NCBI RefSeq assembly: GCF_039654945.1
Contig: NW_027361798.1
Coordinates: 3,658,001-3,722,000, forward strand
Origin: Dendrobates tinctorius
Taxonomy: Eukaryota
Reading direction: 5' to 3'
Length of the DNA stretch: 64,000 nucleotides
Position 1 is the first letter of the stretch. Each line of letters begins with the position of its first letter. The notes beneath the pieces were generated by a model, which worked only from the letters and a program-made list of their open reading frames with translations, ran no database searches and was not told the origin of the DNA. This document shows, one piece after another, positions 12,705-26,716 of the stretch. The position numbers and the translations under genes are program-made.

Positions 12705-13941
12705 TGTGTAACGAGGAACTGCCAGAATAATCTTCTGCAAGGAAAACACTGAGGACTGAGCGGGAGCAGCCTCATATATACAGTCACACTGCGCACTGAT
12801 TGGCTGCCGAGCTTCTATTGGCTGACACTGGACACAGGCCACACCCCCTGTCTGAGACGGGTGAAGCTCCGCTCTCCCCTTTTGCTTCCTTGCCCGGGAT
12901 AAGCGCCCATTACCGGCCAGGACCGGGCAGCAGAGCCGCTGTCTCCGTGTCCTCCTCCTACCTGACATCTCCTCCACATGTCTATAGAGGTCACTGGCGG
13001 AGGAGGCAGGAAGGAGCCGGGAGGAGCCCCGGGATCTGCCCGTAGTCCTGGAGCTGCTGAGAGGCCAGAAGGAGACACAGGCGCCCATCAATCCCAGTGT
13101 GTCCAGATCTCTGTATCCAGCGCCATCGGGAGCATTGCAGAGTGATCAGCGCTATATGGCAGAAGACCGCACTATATGGAGGTCGGGTTTGCTGCAAGAT
13201 CCGGAGTGTATTCCGCCTTGTTCGATGCTAACAGCACCATCTGGACGGAGACAGCACTGTATGGGGGTATATGCAGCAGTCTATCCAGGAATAGAGACTA
13301 TATGGAGGGCTATTAGCGCTATATGGAGGTATACAGTACTTCTTGAAGGGTATATACCAAAACATGTGTATGGATCGGTAATTGGCTGTATACAGCACGG
13401 TGTTACAGAAGTATATGGAGATCTCCAGCATTTACAGCCAGATAGGGCGGTATACTGCATGATATTGATTTTACAGCACTATATGGAGGTATGCAGTCCC
13501 GTATGGTGATATATAGCAGTGTATGATGTGTAAACAGCAGTATATACAGCCCTATATGGAGGTGTCAGCACTATGTTGGATTCTTCACTATTCGGGGCTG
13601 TATAGCAGTATAGAGGGCGCTTACGGCACTTTATGGAGATATACATGACTATATGGAGGTAAACGGCATTATAGTGAGGGTATTCAACCTTATCTATAGA
13701 TTAGACAGATTTTTCTGGAATCCCTGCAGCATTATATGAGCATTCAGCACTAGATGGCAGTATACAGCATATGTGGCCTCTGTAGTGCTGTATACCGCCC
13801 AGTATGGAGTCAGCTGAGGATAAACGGGAATTCCACACTCCCTGGTGCTGCGGCCACTGGAGACAATCGGCGCTGGGATCTCCCAATATGTACGCCGCCT
13901 GGAGTCACTGAGAATACATCCAGTAACACCGACCATGAACC

Positions 13942-15390
13942 TGCACTAATAGAGGATTATACCCACTGTGCCAGGCACTAATAGACGGTTATACCCACTG
14001 TGCCAGGCACTAATAGAGGATTATACCCACTGTGCCAAGCACTAATAGATGGTTATACCCACTGTGCCAAGCACTAATAGAGGATTATACCCACTGTGCC
14101 AAGCACTAATAGAGGATTATACCCACTGTGCCTCCAAGCACTAATAGAGGATTATACCCACTGTGTCAAGCACTAATAGGGGATTATACCCACTGTGACA
14201 GGCACTAATAGAGGATTATACCCGCTGTGCCAAGCACTAATAGGGGATTATACCCACTGTGCCAGGCACTAATAGAGGATTATACCCACTGTGCCAAGCA
14301 CTAATAGGGGATTATACCCACTGTGCCAGGCACTAATAGGGGATTATACCCACTGTGCCAAGCACTAATAGAGGATTATATCCACTGTGCCAAGCACTAA
14401 TAGATGATTATACTCACTGTGACAAGCACTAATAGAGGATTATACCCACTGTGCCAAGCACTAATAGGGGATTATACCCACTGTGCCAAGCACTAATAGG
14501 GGATTATACCGACTGTGCCAAGCACTAATAGAGGATTATACCCGCTGTGCCAAGCACTAATAGAGGATTATACCCACTGTGCCAGGCACTAATAGAGGAT
14601 TATACCCACTGTGCCAAGCACTAATAGGGGATTATACCCACTGTGCCAGGCACTAATAGAGGGTTATACCCACTGTGCCAGGCACTAATAGAGGATTATA
14701 CCCACTGTGCCAGGCACTAATAGAGGATTATATCCACTGTGCCAAGCACTAATAGATGATTATACTCACTGTGACAAGCACAAATAGAGGATTATACCCA
14801 CTGTGCCAAGCACTAATAGGGGATTATACCCACTGTGCCAAGCACTAATAGAGGATTATACCCGCTGTGCCAAGCACTAATAGGGGATTATACCGACTGT
14901 GCCAAGCACTAATAGAGGATTATATCCACTGTGCCAAGCACTAATAGATGATTATACTCACTGTGACAAGCACTAATAGAGGATTATACCCACTGTGCCA
15001 GGCACTAATAGAGGATTATACCCACTGTGCCAAGCACTAATAGGGGATTATACCGACTGTGCCAAGCACTAATAGAGGATTATATCCACTGTGCCAAGCA
15101 CTAATAGATGATTATACTCACTGTGACAAGCACTAATAGATGATTATACCCACTGTGCCAGGCACTAATAGAGGATTATACCCACTGTGCCAAGCACTAA
15201 TAGAGGATTATACCGACTGTGCCAAGCACTAATAGAGGATTATATCCACTGTGCCAAGCACTAATAGATGATTATACTCACTGTGACAAGCACTAATAGA
15301 GGATTATACCCACTGTGCCAGGCACTAATAGAGGATTATACCCACTGTGCCAAGCACTAATAGAGGATTATACCCACTGTGCCAGGCACT
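13942..15390 (+). repeat. 32-bp minisatellite (about 45 units) between H1 and H4
   Basis: TAATAGAGGATTATACCCACTGTGCCA(A/G)GCAC tandem, with recurring variant blocks. Confidence 0.97.
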
Positions 15391-15667
15391 CATAGCTCTC
15401 CGGTCAGGTGGAGGCGTCTGACTGATGATGATCTCCCAGAGATTGAATTATTTCCAGGCCGGAATCTCACATTGTCAGTAATTTCTCGTTCCTCCAGCGG
15501 CGCTGACAGGACGAGGTTTGCGGAATTTTCTTGTTAGCATAATACAGAGAAGCGGGAAATTCACATCACCCAACTGTCCTGTGCTCAGCCAATCAGCGAG
15601 AAAGGGGAGGGGCTGAAAATGCCATTTCAGGAAAACAAACATCTCCGTTACGCGTCATCACTGTGCA

Positions 15668-15701
15668 GTTCTCACTCCGGTCCGCCTAGCCTCCATATAA
15701 A
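15668..15701 (+). promoter_or_regulatory. H4 promoter (subtype-specific element and TATA)
   Basis: GTTCTCACTCCGGTCCG resembles the vertebrate H4 site II (HINFP) element ending in GGTCCG; TATAAA at 15696-15701. Confidence 0.7.
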
Positions 15702-15750
15702 GCAGGACTCAGCGCTGACCCTTTACAGTCGTCTGAAGATTTCCTGAACC

Positions 15751-16052
<302 letters not shown>

Positions 16053-16084
16053 TTGTATTCTCGTCTCTGTCCTGACAACCCAAA

Positions 16085-16100
16085 GGCTCTTCTCAGAGCC
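16085..16100 (+). terminator. H4 histone 3' stem-loop
   Basis: GGCTCT-TCTC-AGAGCC. Confidence 0.9.
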
Positions 16101-16729
16101 GCCCACATCTCACGTGAGAGGCTGCAATTCCCGCTGGGGTCTAGCGGTCGCTGCTGGTGTGATCGCCGGGACCGGCTTGTGACGTTGAGCATTGGGGGGA
16201 GACGTTCTCTCTTCTGGAGCTGATCCAGTGAGTAGTCTCAGTGTGAGGTGGGGCACAGATGATCCGGGTGTATGGGGGAATCGATCGGCCGCACAGTCAC
16301 CTCCTATGATGCTGCAGTTACTACAGAGCAGAAATCCGAGTGCTGGTAATAAATGTGGTTGTGCCACGTCTCCTGCTGCTGAGATCCTGTGGGTTGTAGG
16401 ATGGCTGCGAGGAGTGGAATGCAGCTGCACTGATGAATGGACGCCGGTGTGAACGCTCCTGAGCAGCGGCTCAGGATTGGGGTATCAACAGGATACCTAC
16501 ATGCGATGAGAGGGGCTGTCTGTGTTTCTGCGCCACCACATGGGCAGGGAGGGACGGTGCAGGAATACAGGGTCGCTCTGCCTGTGATCAGGAGAACATC
16601 TGCCCACATCACACTTTGCGCCAATCACCGGATCTAAATCCCGGAGCAAATTATCATATACAGGAATATACCCACTGTGCCAACTGCTATAGCAGGAATT
16701 ATATCCGCTTAGTCACCCACTAGAGAGAT

Positions 16730-17215
16730 ATACAGAGGATTATATTCACTGTGCCAGACACTAATAGAGGATTATAATAATGCAAAGCACTAATTGAGGA
16801 TTATACCCACTGTGCCGAGCACTAATAGCAGAGTATTTTAACCACTGTGCCAGGCACTAATAGAGGGTTATACCCACTGTGCCAAGTACTAATAGCAGAT
16901 TGTACCCACTGTCTCAAGCACTAATAGAGGATTATACCCATTGAACCAAGCACTAATAGCAGAGGATTTTTACCTACTGTGCCAAGCACTAATAGAGGAT
17001 TATACTCACTCTGCCAGGTACTAATAGAGGATTTTACTTACTGTGCCAAGCACTAATAGATGATTATACCCACTGTGCCAAGCACTAATAGAGCATTATA
17101 TTCACAATGCCAGGCACTAATAGAGGATTATACCCACTGTGCCAAGCACTAATAGAGGATTATGCCAATCAATACAATCACTAATAGAGGATTTTACCCA
17201 CTGTGCCAAGCACTA
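16730..17215 (+). repeat. Degenerate 32-bp minisatellite downstream of H4
   Basis: Same unit as 13942-15390, more diverged. Confidence 0.9.
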
Positions 17216-18608
17216 ACCCTAACCCCGGCACAAGGCGCATAATGCTTCAAGTGACCAAGCAAGGCTGGGATTATCGGCTCTGTGGTGGGATCGGCGCCCA
17301 CACAGAGGATCCGGCCCGGTGATTGTACAGAGACTAGTGTTTAGCATTCCGATACCGCAAGTATCGGGTATCGGCCGATATTCGCAGTATCGTAATTCCA
17401 ATACTGAGTACCGATACTTTTAGCATATCGAGTACTGGAATCGGAAGTTCCCATAATGCTATGAGCCAGTTTGATTTGATTCAGCCAATGAGGAATCCTC
17501 AGAAGTGTGGACACATCCTGTTAGGCATGTAGGCATGTTAACTAATGGCATGGCTGTGATTGGCTGCTGAAATGATGTCATGATGCACTATAAAAGCCGC
17601 CCCCATTTAGGGTTCACTCTGCTGTGAATTCAGTTAGGGACAGGCTGCTGATCAAGACTCTGAGGGACAGTTAGAGATAGCGATTTGCTATATAATATTG
17701 TGCTTTATCCAGGCTACATTATCAATCACTGTAGCTTTCTTTTGCCTTGCAGCGCTGTTCACAGCTGTCTGCAAGGTCTGTGTGAGTGCAGCTCACGGTG
17801 TAGTGTGTTCTGCACCCACCTCTGGTTGTAGGCCGCTCAGTGTGCGTCACTGCCTCATACTGTATATGTTTTGTTTTTTTTTATTGCTGCTCATTTTTCC
17901 TGATTTCTCCTATTAGTGTGCATCCATCCGTATCCATCTACATTGGTTGCAAACACTATAGGAGTAGACAGCGGAGCCTTTCTGCAGCCTGTCAGTGCTA
18001 GTGCCCAGTTCTCTGCACTGTTCACGGCTGTCTGTGAGGTCTCTGTGTGTGAGTGCAGCTCACGTTGTAGTGTGTTCTGCAGCCACCTCTGGTTGTAGTC
18101 CGCTCAGCGTGTGTCAATGCCTCATACATAGTCCTTTTTTTGTTTTATTGCAGCTCATTTTTCCTGATTTTTTTCTCCTATTAGTGTGCTTCCATCCGTA
18201 TCCATCTACATTGGTTGGTTGCAAACACTATATAGAAGTAGATAGAGGAGCCTTTTTTCTGGCTTGTGCCCTGCAGCTGCAGCCAGATTAGTATTAGCCT
18301 ATTTTTTGGAGCCTCATCTATTGCATTGTAGGTTACCTTCCTGCATTGTAATAGCTCCAAAAAGTTAGAGATACTATAACTTTCAAATCTTTGGTCACAT
18401 CCTTTTTGGGTTTTTTAAAAAAAACACGTAAATAAAGTTCACCAAACACTCCACTTGACAGTTGTGTAGGCCACATTAGCTCATATTAAAGTGTAGTCCA
18501 CACACTTCATAAAATTAGTGTTTCTTATACCTGTTAGCAGCAGTTCAGGAATAAGCACACTAAGGCCCCCCTTTGTCCTTTTCTGCCTATCTTTATCTGT
18601 CTACCAAG

Positions 18609-21600
18609 ATGAAGAAGGCAGGGAGTAAGGCACGTGGTCGTGGCCGTGGAGTTTCAGCAGGGAGAGGACGGGGGGATTCAGCAGGGAGAGGACATGGGGA
18701 ATCTGTGCCTGCTGCGGGCACCAGTGACCCGGCATCACCCACTTTTACCAGGCAACAGTCCTTCATGCGCAGCTTTGTAGGACCTCGCCGTACCCCACTG
18801 CTGCGTGACGAACAAATTGAAGCCGTTGTCAGATGGATGGCAGCTAACGCATCCACTTCAATGACTTCCACATCCTCTCAGGGCCAGAGCACCGAAGAGC
18901 AACCATCTGTCTCTTCACCACCTGCCAAATTGCCCAGGCAGTCAGAGAGCCCTGGACAGGAGCCATCTCAATCTTTACTTCTGTTCTCAGAATCTGTTGG
19001 CTTGGAAAGAGGGGGCCAGCCAAGCAGCATTCTAGAATGTGAAGAAGAGGGAGTATGCAGTGATGCGCAACTTCTTTGTCCCTCTGAATCTGAAGAGGCG
19101 GGTGGGCCAGTGCCTATGATCAGCACACCTCTGTACGCCTCACATGATGAGACTCAGATGCCACTTTCTGGTGCGTACGGTGCTGCCGAGACTACCCAGG
19201 AGAAGCAGGTGTTTGAAGAGGGGAGTGTAGATGATGAGGTCCTTGACCCATCATGGTGTGAGGAACAGGAAGGTGGTGGGAGCAGCTCTGAGGAAGAGAT
19301 TCCCCGAACGGCCAAGACAGGAGGGAGAGGGCGGGGGCAGACTTGGTTGCCTGTAGCCTCCACTTCGGCACCCGTTAGGAGCATTCCTCTTCCAAAACCC
19401 AAAACGGGCGCTCCCAGGACTTGCAGTGCGTGGTCCTTTTTTGACACAGTTGCAGATGACATTTGCTTTGTCAAATGCAAGCTGTGTCATCAGAAAGTCA
19501 AAAGAGGGAAAAGTGTCAGCAACCTCAATACCACTAATATGTGGAAACATATGCGGACCAAGCACGAGGTGGAGTTACACAGACACACTGAAGACGTAGG
19601 CCAACGTACAGCACCACCTACCACCTCTTCAGCTTAGAATCATAGAATCGTAGAGTTGGAAGGGACCTCCTGGGCCATCTGGTCCAACCCCCTGCTCAAA
19701 GCAGGATTCGCTAAATCATCCCAGTCAGATGCCTGTCCATCCTCTGTTTGAAGAATTCCATTGAAGGAGAACTCACCACTTCTCGTGGCAGCCTGTTCCA
19801 CTCATTGATCACTCTAACTTTCAAAAAGTTTTTTCTAATATCTAATCTGTGTCTTCTCCCATTCAGTTTCATCCCATTGCTTCTAGTCTTTCCTTGTGCA
19901 AATGAGAATAAAGTTGATCCTTCTACAATGTGACAGCCCTTTAGATATTTGTAGACAGCTATTAAGTCTCCTCTCAGTCTTCTCTTTTGCAAACTAAACA
20001 TTCCCAAATCCTGCAACCTTTCCTCATAAGACAGGGTTTGCAGATAGGTCACCATTCTGGTCGCTCTTTTCTGAACTTGCTCCAGTTTGTTGATGTCTTT
20101 TTTAAAATGTGGTGCCCAAAACTGGACACAATATTCCAGATGAGGTCTGACCAAAGAGGAGTAGAGGGAAATAATTACTTCACGTGATCTAGACTGTATG
20201 CTTCTGTTAATACATCCTAGAATTGCATTTGCCTTTTTTGCTGCTGCATCACACTGTTGACTCATATTCAGTCTGTGATCTATTAGTATACCCAAATCTT
20301 TTTCACATGTGCTGTTGCTTAGGCCTATTCCTCCCATTCTATATATGCTTTTTTCATTTTTATTGCCCAGATGTAGTACTTTGCATTTCTCCCTGTTAAA
20401 AACCATTCTGTTAGTTGCTGCCCACTTCTCCAGTTTATTTAAATCTTTTTGAATCCTCTCTCTCTCTTCTCTAGTATTAGCTATCCCTCCTAGCTTTGTG
20501 TCATCAGCAAATTTAATCAGTTTACCCTCAATTCCTTCATCTAAATCATTGATAAAGATGTTGAACAATACAGGGCCCAGGACAGAGCCCTGTGGTACCC
20601 CACTTGAGACATTCTTCCAACTGGATGTGCAGCCATTTACGACCACTCTTTGGGTCCGATCACTAAGCCAGTTATGAATCCACCTAACAGTTGCCTTGTC
20701 CATTCCATACTTAGTCATTTTTTCAATAAGGATTGTATGAGAGACTTTGTCAAAAGCTTTGCTGAAGTCAAGATATACTATATCTACAGCATTTCCTTGA
20801 TCCACCCAATCAGTGATACCGTCATAAAAGGAAATTAAGTTAGTCTGACATGACTTATTAGTTACAAACCCATGCTGACTCTGTTTAATCACTTCATTCT
20901 TATCCAGGTACTGACATACATGTTGTTTAATAATTTGTTAAGCTTTTGTTGGGGCCTCTTCCTCCAGCTCACACACAGCTGGTTCGGCTTCCTCACAGGA
21001 TCGCCATGGAAGAACCTCTGGCACTGTTGTCCGGAGACCCTGTGACATTCCACCCACAGCACCACGTTCCCTGTCATCCTCACACTCCCAGGCCACTCTA
21101 CAGCCATCGGTCGCACAGGCATGGGAGAAAAGGCGGCCATACTCGGCAAACCATCCCCGAGCACAGGCTCTGAATGCCGGCATTGCCAAACTACTGGCCC
21201 TTGAAATGCTCTCATTCAGGCTGGTGGAGACTGACACCTTCCGGAACTTCATGGCATTGGCAGTCCCACAATACACTGTGCCCAGCCGCTTTTATTTCAG
21301 CAGGCGAGCCGTCCCTGCCCTGCAAAAACATGTGGAGGGAAAAATAAAACATGCGCTACTAAACGCCGTCAGTAGCAAGGTCCACCTGACCACTGATGCG
21401 TGGACCAATAACCATGGACAGGGACGATACCTTTCCCTCACTGCCCATTGGGTCAATGTTGTGGAGCCTGGGACAGATCTGGAGAGTGGCTCTGTACGTG
21501 TTCTGCCAACTCCACGGATTGCAGGAATCCAGTCTGTACACATTGACTCCTCCTCCTACTCCAGTTCCTCTGAAACAGCGCAGCAGGAGCCTGTTACGAC

Positions 21601-22095
21601 CGATATGAGAACAGCCGTGGCCAAACGTCAACACGCCGTACTGAAATTAATTTCTTTGGGGAATCGAAGCCGCACAGGGCAGGAGCTCTGGAATGCCATC
21701 AAGCAGGAGAGCGACGTGTGGTTACTGCCAGCGAATCTCCAGCCAGGTTTGGTAGTTTGTGACAATGGCCGAAATCTGGTGGCAGCTCTGGGCCTAGACA
21801 ACCTCACTCACATCCCATGTCTGGCACATGTGCTCAACTTGGTCGTGCAGAGCTTTCTGAGGGACTATCCGGATCTTGATGCACTGCTGCACAAGGTCCG
21901 CATAGAGTGCGCTCACTTTCAGCGTTCCAGCATGGCAAGATCGCGCCTTGCTGCTCTGCAGTGCCGATTACGCCTTCCGGAACATCGCATCATATGTGAC
22001 CTCCCCACCAGGTGGAATTCAACGTTACATATGTTGGAGCGGTTGTGTGAGCAGCAGGCAGCAGTCATGGAGTACCAGCTGCATCAGGCGCAAAC
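18609..22095 (+). pseudogene. hAT transposase with BED finger, split by CR1 and truncated by LTR-D
   Basis: AWSFF..CKLC..MWKHMRTKH BED finger; TTDAW, CDNG, CLAH and TRWNS motifs. Removing the CR1 and one TSD restores one frame. Confidence 0.9.
19636..20940 (-). mobile_element. 5'-truncated CR1 LINE (RT C-terminal half)
   Basis: GVPQGSVLGP and FADD motifs, (ATTCTATG)n-type 3' tail, AGCTT duplicated at 19631-19635 and 20941-20945. Confidence 0.95.
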
Positions 22096-22980
22096 TGTTA
22101 GGACGGCGGAACGCACCAAATATAAAATAACAGGAGGTGCGTTCGACGCCCGGAGTCCACCGTGCGGTAGGTGACAAGACCGCTGCTGAACAATGGCAGA
22201 TGCACCTAATCTATGAGGTACTGCGCTCGGGTTAACGTAACCCGAACGCTAAGGACGGTTCTGTTCTGGCACAGAGTCGCAAGGAACAATGTGATGCCAA
22301 GACGCGGCTCTGTTAATGTCACAGAGGCCTGCGTGTGGCGTCGCGACAGCGACCAAGAGTAGCTGCGGTTAGTGCGGCGCAGTGGCAGGTAAAGCCGCAG
22401 ACGTCGGCGCTGAGATATAAGCGCCGACGGACGCTATTGTAGGCGAGGATCACGTGGCGTGTAGCTTGACACAGGCTGAGACTGACTATCCAACTCTCTG
22501 TCACCATTCGTAATATCCGAGGGAAGTGGTTTCATAATGCGTCAGTCACCAGTCCACACATCCATCACCATACACACACAGCATAATATGCTACACTAGC
22601 GCATCGCCGAGCCGCTATGCGGGCTTTTTATAGCGATGCGCTTCCAGGACCTTCCATTAGCTTGGGAAGGACCAATCAGATCCGACGTAGGACCTGAGCA
22701 TGTGACCCCTGCTCTCCAGTGAGAGGTCAAGTCTCGGGCATGCCCAGTAGCACGGCATGAGGACTTAGCCTCAGGAGCAGTTCACTGCAGAGCAGGTTGC
22801 GCTGCTATTACTGCACCAGTGGTGGCAGCAACATCCAGGCTGTCAGAGCGAGTCTGAGCAGCAAGTCTGGCTCTCCGTGTTTGCTGAGCAACACCTGGAG
22901 CGGTTGGGGAAGAATGGGAGACCACAGGATGTCTGGCCCTGGACTCCCGCTGTGCAGTGCCAGGAATCTGACGCCTAACA
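22096..22980 (-). mobile_element. 3' LTR, subfamily D (885 bp)
   Basis: TG...CA termini; G-run polypurine tract at 22983-22995; homologous to but clearly diverged from LTR-A and LTR-C. Confidence 0.9.
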
Positions 22981-24079
22981 TTACCCCCCCCCCCCAGGGT
23001 TGCCTCACTGCGCTCAAAAGCCACGACCGGGAGCGGTGCATGAATGTTCTCCACCGGCTCCCAGGTCTGAGCCTTGGGACCATTACCCTTCCAGTCCACC
23101 ATATACATCTTTTTGCCACGGACAAACCTACGCCCCACTATGGCGTTAACCTCATACTCGTCAGACGATAAGTCTGATGAACCGGTGGATGGCTCAGAAA
23201 ACCGGACCATGTGAACTGGTTTGAGGAGGGACACATGAAACACGTCCGATATGGCCAAATGTGGAGGAAGAGCCAGGCGGTAGACCACTGAGCTGAGTCG
23301 CTCGAGGACTTTGAACGGTCCAATGTATCGTGGTGCGAATTTGGGAGACTCGACCCGCAATTTAATGTTCCGGGTGGAGAGCCACACCATGTCGCCAGGG
23401 GAGAAGCTTGGCGCGGGTCGCCGCTGCGTGTCGGCGGACGCCCTCATCCTTTCTTTAGATGCCCGGATAGCATCCTGCGTGTGATCCCAAATGTCCCGGG
23501 CCTCCACTGCCCAGTCTGCCACCCTGGAGTCAGTGGAGGACACCGGCATTGGGACAGGAATGCGTGGGTGTTGACCATAACTTAGGAAAAAAGGCGTCTG
23601 ACCAGTGGAATCGGCCACCGCATTGTTTAGGGCAAACTCAGCCCAAGGATGCCCAGTCATCCTGCCTGGCAGAGACAAAATGTCGTAGATAGGTGACCAA
23701 GGTCTGATTGGCCCTTTCGACAAAGCCATTCGTCTCGGGATGGTAGGCGGAAGACAGATTTAGCTCGATGCTGAGTAAGCTGCAGAGCTCCCTCCAAAAC
23801 CAAGACGCAAACTGCGGACCTCGGTAACTTACGATTTTGTCCGGCATACCATGTAAACGGAATACATGCTTAATGAACAGGACGGCCAGACCTCGGGCGG
23901 AGGGTAGGCGTGCGAGTGGCACCAGATGTGCCATTTTGGAAAAATGGTCGGTAACCACCCAGATGACCGTACTGCCACTGGACTTGGGCAGGCCAACTAT
24001 AAAGTCAATGCCCACCATTTCCCATGGTCTATCCGCTACTGGCAGGGGAAACAAGAGCCCCGCCGGCCTCTGTCTAGAG

Positions 24080-26716
24080 CAGTGGTCCCCAACCTTTTTT
24101 GCACCAGGGACCGGCTTGAACCAAGACCATTCTTCCATGGCCCGGCAGGGCGGGGATGGAGGTGTGACAGGGGCGGGGCTTTGGTCATAAGGGGGCGGGG
24201 CTATGGACGCGGTTGTAGTTTAGCAGTGCATATTTATCATTTAATTATAACATTTTTAATGTGACTCAACTCACCATAGGTTTTGAATGAGTGGGAGCAC
24301 CTGACTTGTTTCTGTTTCAGTGGGAGCACTGGGCTACTTCTACTGATGACCGTCACTGCTAATGATGATTGGAACCTACAAGGAAATGGAGCATTGAGCA
24401 CTTAAGAACAATTGTACTGGAGTACTGTACATGCTGATTATTTTCTAATCATCAGAAAATGTATGTGTGGTCCCCCCCGTCCAGCTCTGTGTGGCTCCCC
24501 TGTCCCATCCTGTATACATGGCTCTGCTCCCACTCTCCCATCCTGTATACATGGCTCCGCTCCCATCCTCCCATCCTGTATAAATGGCTCTGCTCCCACT
24601 CTCCCATCCTGTATACATGGCTCCGCTCCCATCCTCCCATCCTGTATACATGGCTCTGCTCCCACTCTCCCATCCTGTATACATGGCTCTGCTCCCACTC
24701 TTCTATCCTGTATACATGGCTCCCCTGTCCCATCCTGTATGCATGGCTCCGCTCCCACTCTCACTCCCTTGTATATATGGCTCCGCTCCCACTCTCCCGG
24801 CCTCCCTTGTATATATGGCTCCGCTCCCACTCTCCCTCCATTGTATATATGGCTCCGCTCCCACTCTCCCTCCCTTGTATATATGGCTCCGCTCCCATTC
24901 TCCCTCCCCTGTGTATATGGCTCCGCTCCCATTCTCCCTCCCCTGTGTATATGGCTCCGCTCCCATTCTCTCTCCCCTGTGTATATGGCTCCGCTCTCAT
25001 TCTCTCTCCCCTGTGTATATGGCTCCGCTCTCATTCTCCCTCCCCTGTGTATATGGCTCCGCTCCCATTCTCCCTCCCCTGTGTATATGGCTACGCTCCC
25101 ATTCTCCCTCCTGTGTATATGGCTCCGCTCCCACTCTCCCTCCCCTGTGTATATGGCTCCGCTCCCATTCTCCCTCCCTTGTATATATGGCTCCGCTCCC
25201 ATTCTCCCTCCCCTGTGTATATGGCTCCGCTCCCATTCTCCCTCCCCTGTGTATATTGCTCCGCTCCCATTCTCCCTCCTGTGTATATGGCTCCGCTCCC
25301 ATTCTCCTTCCTGTGTATATGGCTCCGCTCCCATTCTCCCTCCCCTGTGTATATGGCTCCGCTCCCACTCTCCCTCCCCTGTGTATATGGCTCCGCTCCC
25401 ATTCTCCCTCCCCTGTGTATATGGCTCCGCTCCCATTCTCCCTCCCCTGTGTATATGGCTCCGCTCCCATTCTCCCTCCCTTGTATATATGGCTCCGCTC
25501 CCAGTCTCCCTCCCCTGTGTATATGGCTCCGCTCCCAGTCTCCCTCCCTTGTATGTATGGCTCCGCTCCCATTCTCCCTCCTGTGTATATGGCTCCGCTC
25601 CCATTCTCCCTCCCCTGTGTATATGGCTCCGCTCCCATTCTCCCTCCTGTGTATATGGCTCCACTCCCACTCTCCCTCACCTGTGTATATGGCTCCGCTC
25701 CCATTCTCCCTCCCTTGTATATATGGCTCCGCTCCCAGTCTCCCTGCCCTGTGTATATGGCTCTGCTCCCAGTCTCCCTCCCTTGTATATATGGCTCCGC
25801 TCCCATTCTCCCTCCTGTTGTATATGGCTCCGCTCCCATTCTCCCTCCCTTGTATATATGGCTCCGCTCCCAGTCTCCCTCCCCTGTGTATATGGCTCCG
25901 CTCCCATTCTCCCTCCCTTGTATATATGGCTCCGCTCCCAGTCTCCCTCCCCTGTGTATATCGCTCCGCTCCCAGTCTCCCTCTCTTGTATATATGGCTC
26001 CGCTCCCAGTCTCCCTCCCCTGTGTATATGGCTCCGCTCCCATTCTCCCTCCTGTGTATATGGCTCCGCTCCCACCCTCCCTCCCTTGTATATATGGCTC
26101 CGCTCCCACTCTCCCTCCCCTGTGTATATGGCTCCGCTCCCAGTCTCCCTCCCCTGTGTATATGGCTCCGCTCCAAGTCTCCCTCCCCTGTGTATATGGC
26201 TCCGCTCCCATTCTCCCTCCCCTGTGTATATGGCTCCGCTCCCACTCTCCCTCCCCTGTGTATATGGCTCCGCTCCCACTCTCCCTCCCCTGTGTATATG
26301 GCTCCGCTCCCACTCTCTCTCCCTTATATTTATGGCTCCGCTTGGCTCCCCCATCCTCCCCATCATACTTACCCTCAAGTCGCTGAACTTCCTTCCCGTC
26401 GCTGCACGTCCCTGCATCTCGCGGCTCTTCAGCTTCTTCCTGTGCGGAGCGGTCACGTGCTACCGCTCATTAAGGTCCATGAATATGGACGCCACGCCTA
26501 TGGGAGATGAGTGGCGTCCATATTCATGACCTTATATGAGCGGTAGCACGTGACCGCTCAGCGCTGGATGAAGCCGCCGCTGGATGAAGCCGCCGCGGGA
26601 TGCAGGGTGAGTATCAGCTGCTGCACCGCCCCCCCGGCTCCCCTTGTGTCCGCGGACCGGCAAGAGCACTGCAACGGCCCGGTGCTGGGCCGCGGACCGG
26701 CGGTTGGGTACCCCTG
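24080..26716. mobile_element. Non-autonomous hAT/Charlie-like element
   Basis: TIRs CAGTGGTCCCCAACC / GGTTGGGTACCCCTG and a perfect 8-bp TSD, GTCTAGAG (24072-24079 and 26717-26724). Confidence 0.93.
24490..26340 (+). repeat. 32-34-bp minisatellite inside the Charlie-like element
   Basis: GTATATGGCTCCGCTCCCATTCTCCCTCCCCTGT tandem units. Confidence 0.97.

Larger units (their letters stand above)
17335..22095 (+). mobile_element. hAT DNA transposon 1, 5' part (right end lost)
   Basis: TAGTGTTTAGC terminus with repeated CGATAC subterminal motifs, a roughly 270-bp internal tandem duplication (17740-18255), and a transposase. Confidence 0.8.

Noticed and set aside
12705-13091. N-terminal extensions of H1 (340 aa), and similarly H2A (159 aa), in the ORF track
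   Set aside because: They run through TATA/CCAAT promoter sequence; the canonical ATGs are at 12704 and 6872.
13942-15390. CRISPR-like appearance of the 32-bp repeats
   Set aside because: Head-to-tail units with no unique spacers, eukaryotic context and no cas genes.
17214-17226. TAACCCTAACCC, telomere-like, at the end of the 32-mer array
   Set aside because: Only two units; not distinguishable from chance.
24412-26529. ORFs of 400-700 aa in most frames
   Set aside because: Translations of the 32-34-bp minisatellite inside a non-autonomous transposon.
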